Assembly: GCA_003242705.2 (NCBI GenBank)
Contig: QGVF02000008.1
Span: 7,194-71,193 of the forward strand
DNA: 64,000 nt
Direction: 5' to 3'
Origin: Acidobacteriota bacterium
GTDB taxonomy: Bacteria; Acidobacteriota; Vicinamibacteria; Vicinamibacterales; SCN-69-37
Under the pieces are notes generated by a model. The model saw nothing but the letters and a program-made list of their open reading frames with translations. It was not told where the DNA came from and did no database searches. The position numbers and the translations under genes were made by a program. Of the stretch, positions 27,747 through 37,883 are shown one piece after another; within the stretch, counting starts at the first letter, position 1, and every line of letters starts with the position of its first letter.

Positions 27747-29060
27747 ATGCGGGCCGTCGATCTGATCCGCCGGAAGCGCGACGGACACGCACTCGATCCG
27801 GCCGACATCCGCCGGTTCGTGGCCGGCGTCGTCGACGGATCCTGGCCCGACTACCAGATTGCCGCTCTGCTCATGGCCATCGTGCTGCGCGGGATGACGG
27901 CTGCCGAGGCTGCCGCGCTCACCGAGGCGATGGTGCAGTCCGGCACGCGCCTCGACCTGTCACGCTTCGGCCGGGCCGTGGTCGACAAACACTCGACCGG
28001 CGGCGTAGGCGACAAGGTGTCGCTGGTCCTCGCACCGCTGGCCGCTGCCTGCGGCGTCGTCGTGCCGATGATGTCGGGGCGCGGGCTGGGCCACACGGGC
28101 GGCACCCTCGACAAGCTCGAGTCGATTCCCGGCTTCCGCACGCGCCTCGATCCCGACGAAATCCACCGGACGCTCGACCGCATCGGATGCGTGATGATCG
28201 GGCAGACCGACGAAGTGGCGCCGGCCGATCGCCGCCTGTATGCCCTGCGTGACGTGACGGCGACGGTCGAAAGCGTCCCGCTGATTGCTTCGTCAATCCT
28301 GAGCAAGAAGATCGCGGAAGGGATCGCCGGCCTCGTGCTCGATGTGAAGGTCGGCTCGGGCGCGTTCATGCCGGATGACGAAAGCGCGCGGGAGCTGGCG
28401 CAGGCACTGCTGGACATTGCCCGTCTCCACGCGATGCGCTGCGAGGCCGTGCTGTCGTCGATGCACACGCCTCTGGGGCGCGCCGTCGGCAACGCGGTTG
28501 AGGTCATCGAGGCGATTGAGACCCTGAAGGGGCGCGGTCCGGCCGATACGACGGCACTGTGCCTCGACCTGACGGCGCGGATGCTCGTGCTTGCGGGCGT
28601 TGCTGACGACGGCCCGCGGGCACTCGAGCGTGCGCAGGTCGCGCTCGAGCGCGGCGACGGGCTCGAACGATTCAGGCAGATCATCGAGGCGCAGGGGGGT
28701 GATCCGCTCGTGGTCGACGACTACGGCCGCCTGCCGGCGGCGCCGCATCAGCGTACGGTCGAGGCCTCGGCATCGGGGTGGGTGACGATTGATGCCGGAG
28801 CGGTCGGGCACGCCGCGGTGGTGCTCGGCGCCGGCCGCGACCGGGCCGATCAGGCCGTCGATCCGTCTGCAGGCATCGAGATCCTCCTCACGGAAGGGAG
28901 CGAAGTGCGGGCAGGCGAGGCCGTGCTCATCGTGTCTGGCGCCGACCCTGGTCGGGTCGATGCGGCGCACGCCGCACTGCAGCGCGCCGTGACTGTCGGC
29001 GACGCACCGCCGCCGCGCCGGCCGCTCATCCGCCAGGTGCTGGCGGGAGTTTCGGCGTGA
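27747..29060 (+). CDS. pdp: Pyrimidine-nucleoside/thymidine phosphorylase
   Basis: MRAVDLIRRKRDG, DKHSTGGVGDK, SGRGLGHTGGTLDKLESIPG, YALRDVT, SILSKK. Confidence 0.95.
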   Translation: MRAVDLIRRKRDGHALDPADIRRFVAGVVDGSWPDYQIAALLMAIVLRGMTAAEAAALTEAMVQSGTRLDLSRFGRAVVDKHSTGGVGDKVSLVLAPLAAACGVVVPMMSGRGLGHTGGTLDKLESIPGFRTRLDPDEIHRTLDRIGCVMIGQTDEVAPADRRLYALRDVTATVESVPLIASSILSKKIAEGIAGLVLDVKVGSGAFMPDDESARELAQALLDIARLHAMRCEAVLSSMHTPLGRAVGNAVEVIEAIETLKGRGPADTTALCLDLTARMLVLAGVADDGPRALERAQVALERGDGLERFRQIIEAQGGDPLVVDDYGRLPAAPHQRTVEASASGWVTIDAGAVGHAAVVLGAGRDRADQAVDPSAGIEILLTEGSEVRAGEAVLIVSGADPGRVDAAHAALQRAVTVGDAPPPRRPLIRQVLAGVSA

Positions 29061-29893
29061 CCACCACATCTGTGGCGCTCGGCTTCGAGGCCGTCGAGCG
29101 GGCGGTGAGGGTCCTGCGTGAGCGCCTCGGGTCGATTCCGCCGACGGCGGTGGTGCTGGGATCAGGGCTCGGTGGATTTACCGATCGGCTCGCGTCCGCC
29201 GTCACGCTCTCCTGCCGCGAGGTTCCCGGCTGGCCGGTGCCGGCCGTTATCGGCCACGCAGGCCGCATCGTCTCCGGTACGTGCGCTGGACGCCAGGTCC
29301 TGGTGCTGGCCGGGCGCGTGCACCTGTACGAGGGACGCTCGGCAGCGGAAGTGGCGTTTGCGGTCCGCGTGCTCGGCCGTGCCGGCGTCAGGTCCCTCGT
29401 GTTGACGAACGCTGCCGGCGGCATCAACCCGTCGTTCGCCCCGGGCACGCTCATGGTGATCGACGATCACCTCAACTGCACGGGCACCAACCCGCTCGTC
29501 GGCCCGAACGACACCCGCTTCGGCCCGCGGTTCCCGGACATGACCGAGGTCTACTCGCGCCGGCTGCGCGCAATTGCCGACGAGGCGGCGCGGGACGCGG
29601 GGGTGCCAGTGACACACGGGGTCTATGCCGGGGTTCTCGGGCCCAGCTACGAAACGCCGGCAGAGATTCGCGCGCTTCGGACGTGCGGCGCCGACGCCGT
29701 GGGCATGTCGACCGTGACCGAGGCGATCGTGGCGCGGCACATGGGGATGGAGGTGCTCGGCCTGTCGTGCATCTCGAATCCTGCCGCCGGCCTGAACACC
29801 GAGCCGCTTTCGGAAGCCGACGTACTGGCGGCGGCCGCCGCAGCGGAAGGGGCGTTCACACGCCTGCTGGAGGCAATCCTTGTCCGTCTCTGA
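29057..29893 (+). CDS. punA: Purine-nucleoside phosphorylase (trimeric type)
   Basis: VLGSGLG, GHAG, GRVHLYEG, TNAAGG, GPSYETPAE, VGMSTVTE. Confidence 0.93.
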   Translation: MTTTSVALGFEAVERAVRVLRERLGSIPPTAVVLGSGLGGFTDRLASAVTLSCREVPGWPVPAVIGHAGRIVSGTCAGRQVLVLAGRVHLYEGRSAAEVAFAVRVLGRAGVRSLVLTNAAGGINPSFAPGTLMVIDDHLNCTGTNPLVGPNDTRFGPRFPDMTEVYSRRLRAIADEAARDAGVPVTHGVYAGVLGPSYETPAEIRALRTCGADAVGMSTVTEAIVARHMGMEVLGLSCISNPAAGLNTEPLSEADVLAAAAAAEGAFTRLLEAILVRL

Positions 29894-30281
29894 ACGCCTG
29901 ATTGCCGCGGCCGTCGAGGCGCGGACGCGGGCGGTGGCGCCGTACTCGTCGTTTGCCGTCGGCGCCGCGGTCGAGAGCGTCGACGGCGCGATCGTTACCG
30001 GCTGCAACATCGAGAACGCGTCCTACGGCCTGACGATCTGCGCCGAACGCGTGGCCCTCTTCAAGGCCGTCTCGGAAGGCATCCGCCGGTTCGCCCACCT
30101 CGTAGTTGCGGCTGACACCGCGGAACCGACGCCGCCGTGCGGCGCCTGCCGACAGGTGATCTGGGAGCTCTGTGGCGACATTCCCGTCACGCTGGTCACG
30201 CTCGACGGCAGGCGCACGACCCACACCGCACGCGCGCTGCTGCCGCATCCCTTCGGCCTTCGGGGCGGCACCTCGCGGTGA
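29880..30281 (+). CDS. cdd: Cytidine deaminase (tetrameric)
   Basis: APYSSFAVGAA, GCNIENASYGLTICAE, PCGACRQ. Confidence 0.95.
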   Translation: MSVSERLIAAAVEARTRAVAPYSSFAVGAAVESVDGAIVTGCNIENASYGLTICAERVALFKAVSEGIRRFAHLVVAADTAEPTPPCGACRQVIWELCGDIPVTLVTLDGRRTTHTARALLPHPFGLRGGTSR

Positions 30282-30338
30282 ATCCGCTGCTCGTCCGGCC
30301 TTCGGATGCGCCAGGCCGGTCGGCTATGATGCCTGTGC

Positions 30339-31397
30339 ATGCTTCCGACGATTGAGTGGCAGTCAGACGGTGTCGTGATGGTCGACCAGCGCAAGCTGCC
30401 GGCCAGAGAGGTGTACGTCCGGTGCCGCACGGCACCCGAAGTGGCGCGCGCCATCAAGACGATGGTGATCCGAGGTGCGCCGGCGATCGGGGTCGCCGCG
30501 GCCATGGGCATTGCGCTGGGGATGCAGCGGTCGAAGGCGAAGGGTACGCGCGCGTACACCGTCGAGTTCAATCGCATCTGCGACCTGATGGCTGCGACGC
30601 GCCCGACCGCTGTCAACCTCTTCTGGGCCATCGAGCGGATGAAGCGCGCGCTGGCCGAGGGGGTCCAGGCGGGCGAGTCGGTTGACGAGCTGACCGCTCG
30701 GCTCGTCGCGGAGGCGCAGCGGATCCACGACGAGGACGTCGCCAACTGCCGCGCGCTCGGCGCGCACGGCGCGGTCGTCGTCCCCGACGGGGCACGCATC
30801 CTCACGCACTGCAACGCGGGCGCCCTGGCGACGGCCGGCTACGGGACCGCGCTCGGCGTCATTCGCGCTGCCGCCGAGCGGGGCAAGGTCGCGCAGGTCT
30901 ACGCCGACGAGACGCGTCCCTTCCTGCAGGGAGCGCGACTGACGGCCTGGGAGCTCGTCCGCGACGAGATTCCGACGACCGTCATCACGGAAAGCATGGC
31001 CGGGCCGCTCATGCGACAGCAGGGCATCGACTTCATCGTGGTCGGTGCGGATCGGATTGCCGCCAATGGCGACGTGGCCAACAAGGTCGGTACCTACACC
31101 GTCGCCGTCCTGGCGCGCGAGCATGGCATCCCGTTCTACGTGGCCGCGCCGCTGTCGACGATCGACCTCGGAACACCCGACGGCAGTCACATTCCGATCG
31201 AGCAGCGCGACGCGCGCGAGGTGTCGCACCTGGGCAGCGTGCAGCTGGCGCCAGACGGTGCGGGTATCTGGAACCCGGCATTCGACGTAACGCCGGCGGC
31301 GCTCGTCACCGGCATCATCACTGAGCGCGGTATCGCCCGGGCGCCGTACACCGATTCACTGCGACAGCTCTTCGAAGGCGCTCCTGCGCTGGCCTGA
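30339..31397 (+). CDS. mtnA: S-methyl-5-thioribose-1-phosphate isomerase
   Basis: [63 protein letters not shown]. Confidence 0.95.
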   Translation: MLPTIEWQSDGVVMVDQRKLPAREVYVRCRTAPEVARAIKTMVIRGAPAIGVAAAMGIALGMQRSKAKGTRAYTVEFNRICDLMAATRPTAVNLFWAIERMKRALAEGVQAGESVDELTARLVAEAQRIHDEDVANCRALGAHGAVVVPDGARILTHCNAGALATAGYGTALGVIRAAAERGKVAQVYADETRPFLQGARLTAWELVRDEIPTTVITESMAGPLMRQQGIDFIVVGADRIAANGDVANKVGTYTVAVLAREHGIPFYVAAPLSTIDLGTPDGSHIPIEQRDAREVSHLGSVQLAPDGAGIWNPAFDVTPAALVTGIITERGIARAPYTDSLRQLFEGAPALA

Positions 31398-31405
31398 CGC
31401 GCGTC

Positions 31406-32545
31406 ATGAACGTGCTGGGCATCGAGACCTCGTGTGACGAGACGGCCGCCGCCGTCGTGGCGACGACCGGCGATGCCCGTCGTCCGTGGCGCGTGCTCTC
31501 GAACGTGGTGGCGTCGCAGGCCGACATCCACCGCGAGTGGGGCGGTGTCGTGCCGGAGGTGGCCTCGCGTCAGCACCTGCGCGACATCTGCGGCGTGGTC
31601 GATCGCGCGCTGACCGACGCCGGCACGCCGTGGGGAGCCATCGATGCGCTGGCGGTGACGCAGGGGCCCGGGCTGGTCGGCGCGCTGCTCGTCGGCGTCG
31701 CATTCGCCAAGGCGGCGGCGGCTGTGCTCGATCGGCCGATCGTGGCGGTCCATCACCTGGCCGGTCACATCGAGTCGATCTTCCTCGAGCACGGCGAGAT
31801 TCCGCTGCCGGCCGCCATTCTCGTCGTCTCGGGCGGACACACCAGTCTCTACGTGGTGCCCGAGCCCGGCATCTACCACCTGATCGGCCGGACGCGCGAC
31901 GACGCGGCGGGCGAGGCGTACGACAAGGTCGCACGGGTACTGGGGCTCGGTTACCCCGGTGGGCCGGTCATCGATCGCGTGGCGCAGGAAGGCAACGACG
32001 CGGCGGTCGATCTGCCGTTGCCCCGCTTTACCGGCGCCGATCGCAATCCCGCGCCGGCCGATCTGCGGACCATGCTCGATGGCCGCCGGCTGCCGACGGT
32101 CGACTTCAGCTTTTCGGGCCTCAAGTCGGCGGTGCTGCGCCACGTGCAGCAGCGCGGCCGTCTGCTGGGAATTCAGGGCGATGCGTCGGAGGGCGGCGTC
32201 CCGCTCGATCGCGCCGAGGTGGCCGACATCGCGGCAAGCTTCCAGCGCGTTGTCGTCGAGTCGCTGCTCGATCGCACGTTCGACGCCGCTCAGCGGATCG
32301 GGGCCCGCAGCATCGGCATTGCCGGCGGCGTCTCGGCCAACAGCCGGCTCCGGCGCGATGCGCTCGCGCGCGGCGCCCGCGCAGGGCTGCCCGTGTTCGT
32401 GCCGCCGCTGTCGCTGTCGACCGACAACGCGGCGATGATTGCCGCGGCCGGGCTGCGGCGACTGGAGCGCGGCGAGCGGTCGAGCCTCGATTTCAACGCA
32501 CAGGCTTCGCTGTCCATTCAGCCGGGTGAATCGACGCCCGCGTGA
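31406..32545 (+). CDS. tsaD: tRNA N6-adenosine threonylcarbamoyltransferase
   Basis: LGIETSCDET, GGVVPEVASR, HHLAGH, VSGGHT, DDAAGEAYDK, FSFSGLK, TDNAAM. Confidence 0.96.
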   Translation: MNVLGIETSCDETAAAVVATTGDARRPWRVLSNVVASQADIHREWGGVVPEVASRQHLRDICGVVDRALTDAGTPWGAIDALAVTQGPGLVGALLVGVAFAKAAAAVLDRPIVAVHHLAGHIESIFLEHGEIPLPAAILVVSGGHTSLYVVPEPGIYHLIGRTRDDAAGEAYDKVARVLGLGYPGGPVIDRVAQEGNDAAVDLPLPRFTGADRNPAPADLRTMLDGRRLPTVDFSFSGLKSAVLRHVQQRGRLLGIQGDASEGGVPLDRAEVADIAASFQRVVVESLLDRTFDAAQRIGARSIGIAGGVSANSRLRRDALARGARAGLPVFVPPLSLSTDNAAMIAAAGLRRLERGERSSLDFNAQASLSIQPGESTPA

Positions 32546-32600
32546 CCGCCGCGAACTGCCGGGGCGGCTTCGTCGTATAAGCTGAAGCCCTCGCTCCGGT

Positions 32601-33530
32601 ATGAACGCAGCAGTCGCGCTCGAACAGGTGATCGTGGACTACGGCCGGCGCCGTGTGCTCCATGGTCTCTCGTGTACGCTGCCGCGCGGCGCCGTGGGCC
32701 TGCTCGGGCCGAACGGGGCGGGCAAGAGCACCCTCCTCAAGACATTGCTCGGCTTCATCGCACCGACAGGCGGACGCCTCCGGGTCCTCGGGCTCGACGT
32801 GGCCCGGAGTCCGGTCGAAGTGCGGGCGCGCATCGGCTACATGCCGGAAAACGACGGCCACGTCCCGGGCATGACGGCGGTCGGCTTCGTGGCCTTCTGC
32901 GGGGAGCTGGCCGGGCTGCCGCCGTCGGATGCGACGCAGCGGGCCCACGAGGTGCTCCATTACGTGGGACTCGGCGAAGCACGATATCGACCGGTCGAGA
33001 CCTACTCGACCGGCATGCGCCAGCGGATCAAGCTGGCGCAGGCGCTCGTCCACGATCCGGACCTGCTGTTTCTCGACGAGCCGACCAACGGCATGGACCC
33101 GCGCGGCCGCGACGAGATGCTCGATCTGATCCGCGATCTCGCCCACAACAAGGGCGTCAACGTCATCGTCTCGTCGCACCTGCTGCCCGACGTCGAATAC
33201 ACCTGCGATCACGTCGTCGTGCTCGATCGCGGACGGATTGCCGCGGCCGGCTCGATCGACGAGCTCAAGGGACCGGCCGGGCGCATCTTCGAGGTACGGG
33301 TGAAGGGGGATGCGGCGGCGTTTGCCGCGCGTCTGGCCGCCGCGGGGATGCAGTGCCAGGAGAGCGGCGACGACCTGATGCGCGTCTTCGTTCCCGGGAG
33401 CGTCGACGACATGCCCGATCAGCAGCGGATCTGTCGCGTCGCGCTCGACGCCGGCGTGCAGGTCCGGCACCTGCGCAGCAGCCTGCCCACGCTCGAAGAC
33501 GTCTTCGCGCGCGCGATCGGAGAGTCATGA
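32601..33530 (+). CDS. ABC transporter ATP-binding protein
   Basis: GPNGAGKS, YSTGMRQR, LFLDEP, SSH. Confidence 0.92.
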   Translation: MNAAVALEQVIVDYGRRRVLHGLSCTLPRGAVGLLGPNGAGKSTLLKTLLGFIAPTGGRLRVLGLDVARSPVEVRARIGYMPENDGHVPGMTAVGFVAFCGELAGLPPSDATQRAHEVLHYVGLGEARYRPVETYSTGMRQRIKLAQALVHDPDLLFLDEPTNGMDPRGRDEMLDLIRDLAHNKGVNVIVSSHLLPDVEYTCDHVVVLDRGRIAAAGSIDELKGPAGRIFEVRVKGDAAAFAARLAAAGMQCQESGDDLMRVFVPGSVDDMPDQQRICRVALDAGVQVRHLRSSLPTLEDVFARAIGES

Positions 33531-34372
33531 GCCTGGTTCACGATCAGAGCTACCGGCGATACACAGGGGCCCGCCGTCCGATCGGGCGGGCCTGGATCGT
33601 GATCCTGCGGACGACGCTCGGCGCGCTGTTCGCGCGGCGGCCACTGATCGGCTTGCTGCTGCTCTCGTGGGTGCCGTTTCTCGTCCGTACCGTGCAGATC
33701 TACGTCGTCGAGAGCTATCCGCAGGCCGTCGAGGTGCTGGCGGTTTCGCCGCGGACCTTCCGCGACTTCATCGACTTCCAGGGACTGTTCGCCTTCTTCG
33801 TCACGATTTACGCCGGTTCGGGCCTGATCGCCGGCGACCGCCGCGTAAACGCGCTCCAGATTTACCTGTCGAAGCCGCTGCTGCGCACCGAGTACATCGC
33901 GGGGAAGCTCGGGGCGCTCATGGTGTGCCTGGCGCTGGTCACGCTCGTGCCGGCCGTGATGCTGCTCATCATGCAGGTGCTGATGGCCGGCAATCTCGCA
34001 CTGCACCGAGCGGCGCCTGGACTCCTGCCGGCCGTGCTGCTCGCGTCGATGCTGCGGATCGTCGTCCCCGCGATGGTCATGGTGGCGTTGTCGTCGCTGT
34101 CGACCAGCAGCCGGTACGTGGCCGTCATGTACGCCGGGCTGCTGTTCGTGTCGGAGGCGCTCTACGGCGTCGTGGCGCGTGCGACCGGATCGACGCGCGT
34201 GGCCTGGCTGTCGCTCCCGCGCAACCTCGACGTGGTTACCGACGCGATCTTCAGGCTGCCGTCGCAGCATGACGCCCCGGTCGTGCTTTCCGCGCTCGTG
34301 CTGATCGCGTTCGTCGTGGCGTCGATCGTCGTGCTCGAGCGGCGTGTCCGCGGCGTGGAGGTCGTGGCATGA
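33527..34372 (+). CDS. ABC-2-type permease
   Basis: MSLVHDQSYRRY start (ATGA overlap); IAGDRRVNALQIYLSKPL..EYIAGK; ~6 TMs. Confidence 0.85.
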   Translation: MSLVHDQSYRRYTGARRPIGRAWIVILRTTLGALFARRPLIGLLLLSWVPFLVRTVQIYVVESYPQAVEVLAVSPRTFRDFIDFQGLFAFFVTIYAGSGLIAGDRRVNALQIYLSKPLLRTEYIAGKLGALMVCLALVTLVPAVMLLIMQVLMAGNLALHRAAPGLLPAVLLASMLRIVVPAMVMVALSSLSTSSRYVAVMYAGLLFVSEALYGVVARATGSTRVAWLSLPRNLDVVTDAIFRLPSQHDAPVVLSALVLIAFVVASIVVLERRVRGVEVVA

Positions 34373-35292
34373 CGCCGGTGATCTCGGCCGCGCACGTCTC
34401 GAAGTGGTACGGCCAGGTCATCGGCCTCAACGACGTGTCGGTCACGGTCCAGCCGGGCATCACCGGTCTGCTCGGTCCGAACGGGGCAGGGAAGAGCACC
34501 TTCATGAAACTCGTGACCGGCCAGCTCCAGCCGGACAAGGGCTCGCTGCGGATCTTCGGCGAGCCGGTGTGGCGCAATCCGGGCATCTACCACCGCATCG
34601 GTTTCTGCCCCGAGCAGGACGCATTCTACGAGCGGATGACCGGCCGCGAGTGGGTGACGGCGCTGGCGCGGCTCGGCGGGATGGACGAGCGCCGGGCCCG
34701 GGATGCGGCGGCCGAGGCGATCGCCCGCGTCGATCTCGAGGAGGTTGCCGATCGCCGCATCGGCGGCTACAGCAAGGGCATGCGGCAGCGCATCAAGCTC
34801 GCACAGGCCATCGTTCACGACCCCGAGCTGCTGATCCTCGACGAGCCGCTGTCCGGCATGGATCCGCTGGGCCGGCGACGGGCGATCCGCATGATCCGCG
34901 AGTGGGGCCGGCAGGGGCGCAGCATCCTCGTGTCGAGCCATATCCTGCACGAGATCGAGTCGATGACGGCCAACGTCCTGCTCATCAGCAGCGGGCGCAT
35001 CCTGGCCGAGGGCGACGTCCATCGCATCCGCGACCTGATCGACGAACATCCGCACACGGTCTACATCAGGGCGGCCGATCCGCGAGGCCTCGGCCGCGAG
35101 TTCCTGGCGCATCCCGGCGTCATCAGTCTGCGCTTCGAGCCCAACGCGCTCGTCGTCGAGACGGCGGCGCCCGACGCGTTCTACGAGCGGCTGACCGAGC
35201 TGGCGGCAAGCGGGGCGTGCGGCCCGATCGAGGAACTGACGTCGCCCGACGACAACCTGCAGGCCGTGTTCAAGTACCTGGTGAGGAGCTGA
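34369..35292 (+). CDS. ABC transporter ATP-binding protein
   Basis: GPNGAGKS, YSKGMRQR, LILDEP, SSH. Confidence 0.92.
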   Translation: MTPVISAAHVSKWYGQVIGLNDVSVTVQPGITGLLGPNGAGKSTFMKLVTGQLQPDKGSLRIFGEPVWRNPGIYHRIGFCPEQDAFYERMTGREWVTALARLGGMDERRARDAAAEAIARVDLEEVADRRIGGYSKGMRQRIKLAQAIVHDPELLILDEPLSGMDPLGRRRAIRMIREWGRQGRSILVSSHILHEIESMTANVLLISSGRILAEGDVHRIRDLIDEHPHTVYIRAADPRGLGREFLAHPGVISLRFEPNALVVETAAPDAFYERLTELAASGACGPIEELTSPDDNLQAVFKYLVRS

Positions 35293-35293
35293 C

Positions 35294-36139
35294 GTGGAGC
35301 AGGCGACGCCGCGTCCGGGTGCCGGTCCCGCCGGGACGGGCGTGCTTGCCGCGTCGATGCGGGTCTTCGATCTGTCGCTCGGGCGCATGCTCTGGTCACG
35401 GCGCACGATCTTCACCGCGCTGGTCGCCGGACTGCCCGTGGTCGTGGCGCTCGTGCTGCGGACGCTCCTGGCTTTCGAGGTCCCCGTCATGCAGGGCGGC
35501 GTGACGGGGCCGGTCGTCTTCGGCCTGATGTTCTGGGGATTCGTCGTCCGCTTCGCGATTCCCGTCCTGGCCGTCTTCTACGGGACGGCGCTCATTGCCG
35601 ACGAGGTCGAGGACCGCACCATCACGTACCTGTTCACGCGGCCGATTCCGCGGGCGTCGGTCGTGCTCGGCAAGTACCTCGCGTACCTCGTCTGCGCCAC
35701 GTCGGTGCTGCTGCCGGCGGTCGTGCTGACGTGGCTGCTCCTGGCGCCGATTGATGGCGCGCTGGCAGCGTCGTTTCCGGATTTGGGCGTCGACCTGGTG
35801 ATTGTCGTCGTGGGGTTCGTCGCCTACGGCGCGCTGTTTGCAGCGGTCGGCACGATCTTCGATCGGCCGCTGCTGTTCGGTCTGCTGTTCGTGTTCGGCT
35901 GGGAGAATCTGGCGCTGGCGCTGCCGGGCCAGCTGCGGCGTGCGTCGGTCGCGCACTACCTGCAGGGGCTGGTGCCGCACGCCATGCCGGCCGACACGCC
36001 ACTCGACGTGCTGCAGCGGGCCATGACCGGGGCGCCCGGGGTCTTGGAGTGCGCCCTCGGCCTCGGTCTCGTGACCGTCGTCGGCCTGTTGATCGCCGCA
36101 CGCGTCGTTTCAAATCGGGAATACGTGCTCGAGCACTGA
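35294..36139 (+). CDS. ABC-2-type permease
   Basis: IADEVEDRTITYLFTRPIPR..VLGK; ~6 TMs. Confidence 0.85.
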   Translation: MEQATPRPGAGPAGTGVLAASMRVFDLSLGRMLWSRRTIFTALVAGLPVVVALVLRTLLAFEVPVMQGGVTGPVVFGLMFWGFVVRFAIPVLAVFYGTALIADEVEDRTITYLFTRPIPRASVVLGKYLAYLVCATSVLLPAVVLTWLLLAPIDGALAASFPDLGVDLVIVVVGFVAYGALFAAVGTIFDRPLLFGLLFVFGWENLALALPGQLRRASVAHYLQGLVPHAMPADTPLDVLQRAMTGAPGVLECALGLGLVTVVGLLIAARVVSNREYVLEH

Positions 36140-36213
36140 GCGGCGACGTGAAAATCGGGGAAGCGCCCGAACCAATCGGGGGCCGACCCGTATCATGGTC
36201 TGAGGTAACGCAC

Positions 36214-37218
36214 ATGGCGCCGAACACCCGCAGGTTCCTCTTCGGTTCCGCCCTCGTGGTCGCCGCCGGCCTCTGTACGGGGCTGGTCGCGTACTACAGC
36301 GGCGTCCTGCCGTCACGTCAGGTCGTCCGGGGCGAGCTGGCTTTCATCCCCGCCGACGTGGCGGCCGTGGCCTATGCCGATGTCCGGCAGATCATGGACT
36401 CCGAGTTCCGGCAGCGGCTGCGGAGCGCCCTGCCGGCTGCCGGCAGTGAGAAAGACCGCATGCTGGAGGCGACCGGCATCGACATCGAGCGCGACATCGA
36501 CGCGGTAGTTGCCGGGCTGCAGGGCGACGGGACGCCGGGCGGCATCGCGATCCTGCGGGGGCGCTTCGACCGCAGCCGGATTGAAGCGGCCGCTCTGCAG
36601 CATGGCGCCGTCGAGGAGCAGTACGGCGGCTACGCCATGCTGGTCGGTCGCCCGCACACGTTCGACGACGGGACGAGCTCGCACCGGCTGGCGCCGTCGG
36701 TGGCATTCCTCGGCGACGGGCTGCTGGGCCTCGGTGATGCCGACGAGCTCCGCCGGGCCATCGATGTTTCGGTGAGCGGCGAGAGCCTGTCGGCGGCTCC
36801 CGACATGATGCGGCTGATCGACGACGTCAGCGGCACGGGCGATGCATGGTTCGTGGCGCGCGTCGCCCGGATGACGCGCCAGCCCGGCCTGCCCGAGCAG
36901 GTGCAGAATCAGCTGGCCGGCGTCGAATGGCTGGCGGCGTCGGCGAACATCGACCGGTCGGTGCGCGGCCGGGTGCGCGCCGAGGCGCGCGACGACCGGA
37001 GCGCCGAGGACCTTCGCGCCGTGGTCAACGGTGCCGTTGCCGCCGCCCGCCTGTTCGCCGGTCAGGACCAGCGCGTGACGGCCGCTCTCAACTCCCTGCA
37101 GGCCAGTGGCAGCGGGCGCCAGGTCGAGCTGGCCTTCGAACTGCCGCCCTCGCTGCTCGAGCTGCTCGAGGCCCGGGCTGCGGCTGCGATGTCGCCCGGG
37201 CCTGCGGCGGGACACTAG
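36214..37218 (+). CDS. Membrane-anchored hypothetical protein
   Basis: N-terminal TM, FIPAD..YADV, TGIDIERDID, LRGRFD; start moved to ATG 36214 (TATCAT -10, GAGGT SD). Confidence 0.7.
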   Translation: MAPNTRRFLFGSALVVAAGLCTGLVAYYSGVLPSRQVVRGELAFIPADVAAVAYADVRQIMDSEFRQRLRSALPAAGSEKDRMLEATGIDIERDIDAVVAGLQGDGTPGGIAILRGRFDRSRIEAAALQHGAVEEQYGGYAMLVGRPHTFDDGTSSHRLAPSVAFLGDGLLGLGDADELRRAIDVSVSGESLSAAPDMMRLIDDVSGTGDAWFVARVARMTRQPGLPEQVQNQLAGVEWLAASANIDRSVRGRVRAEARDDRSAEDLRAVVNGAVAAARLFAGQDQRVTAALNSLQASGSGRQVELAFELPPSLLELLEARAAAAMSPGPAAGH

Positions 37219-37256
37219 GTATCGGCCGGCGGTCCGGCCGGCAGTAAGATGTCCGG

Positions 37257-37859
37257 ATGCAGGACCTCATCCGACAGCTGCTGGCGGAGCTCGGCGAGGA
37301 CCCGGGACGCGAGGGGCTTCGTCAGACGCCGCGCCGGGTCGAGCAGTCGCTCCGTGCCCTGACGAGCGGCTACCAGGCCGACATCGACGCCATCATCAAC
37401 GACGCGCTCTTCACCGTCGAGTACAGCGAGATGGTGATTGTGCGCGACATCGACTTCTACAGCCTCTGCGAGCACCATCTGCTGCCGTTCTTCGGCAAGT
37501 GCCACGTCGCCTACATTCCCGACGGCAAGGTCATCGGCCTCAGCAAGATTCCGCGGATCGTCGACATGTTCGCGCGGCGGCTCCAGGTCCAGGAGCGGCT
37601 CACGCTCGAGATTGCCGAGACGATTCGTGATCGCATCAAGCCGCTCGGGGTGGCGGTCGTGATGGAGGCCACGCACCTCTGCATGGCCATGCGCGGCGTC
37701 GAGAAGCAGAACTCGGTCACCGCCACCAGCGCGATGCTCGGCGTCTTCCGCGAAGATGCCCGGACACGCCACGAGTTCTTCGAGCTCATCCACCGGCGAC
37801 AGCCGGCGCCGCCGTCGATGCCCGTGCACATGGCCGCCTCGGCCTGCGACGAGTCCTGA
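37257..37859 (+). CDS. folE: GTP cyclohydrolase I
   Basis: [43 protein letters not shown]. Confidence 0.96.
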   Translation: MQDLIRQLLAELGEDPGREGLRQTPRRVEQSLRALTSGYQADIDAIINDALFTVEYSEMVIVRDIDFYSLCEHHLLPFFGKCHVAYIPDGKVIGLSKIPRIVDMFARRLQVQERLTLEIAETIRDRIKPLGVAVVMEATHLCMAMRGVEKQNSVTATSAMLGVFREDARTRHEFFELIHRRQPAPPSMPVHMAASACDES

Positions 37860-37883
37860 TCGCTCCGGTATACTCGTCGGGGC

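Noticed and set aside
30282-30338. SAM riboswitch upstream of mtnA
   Set aside because: The gap is only 57 nt, has no SAM-I/II motifs and ends in a -10 box 8 nt before the ATG.
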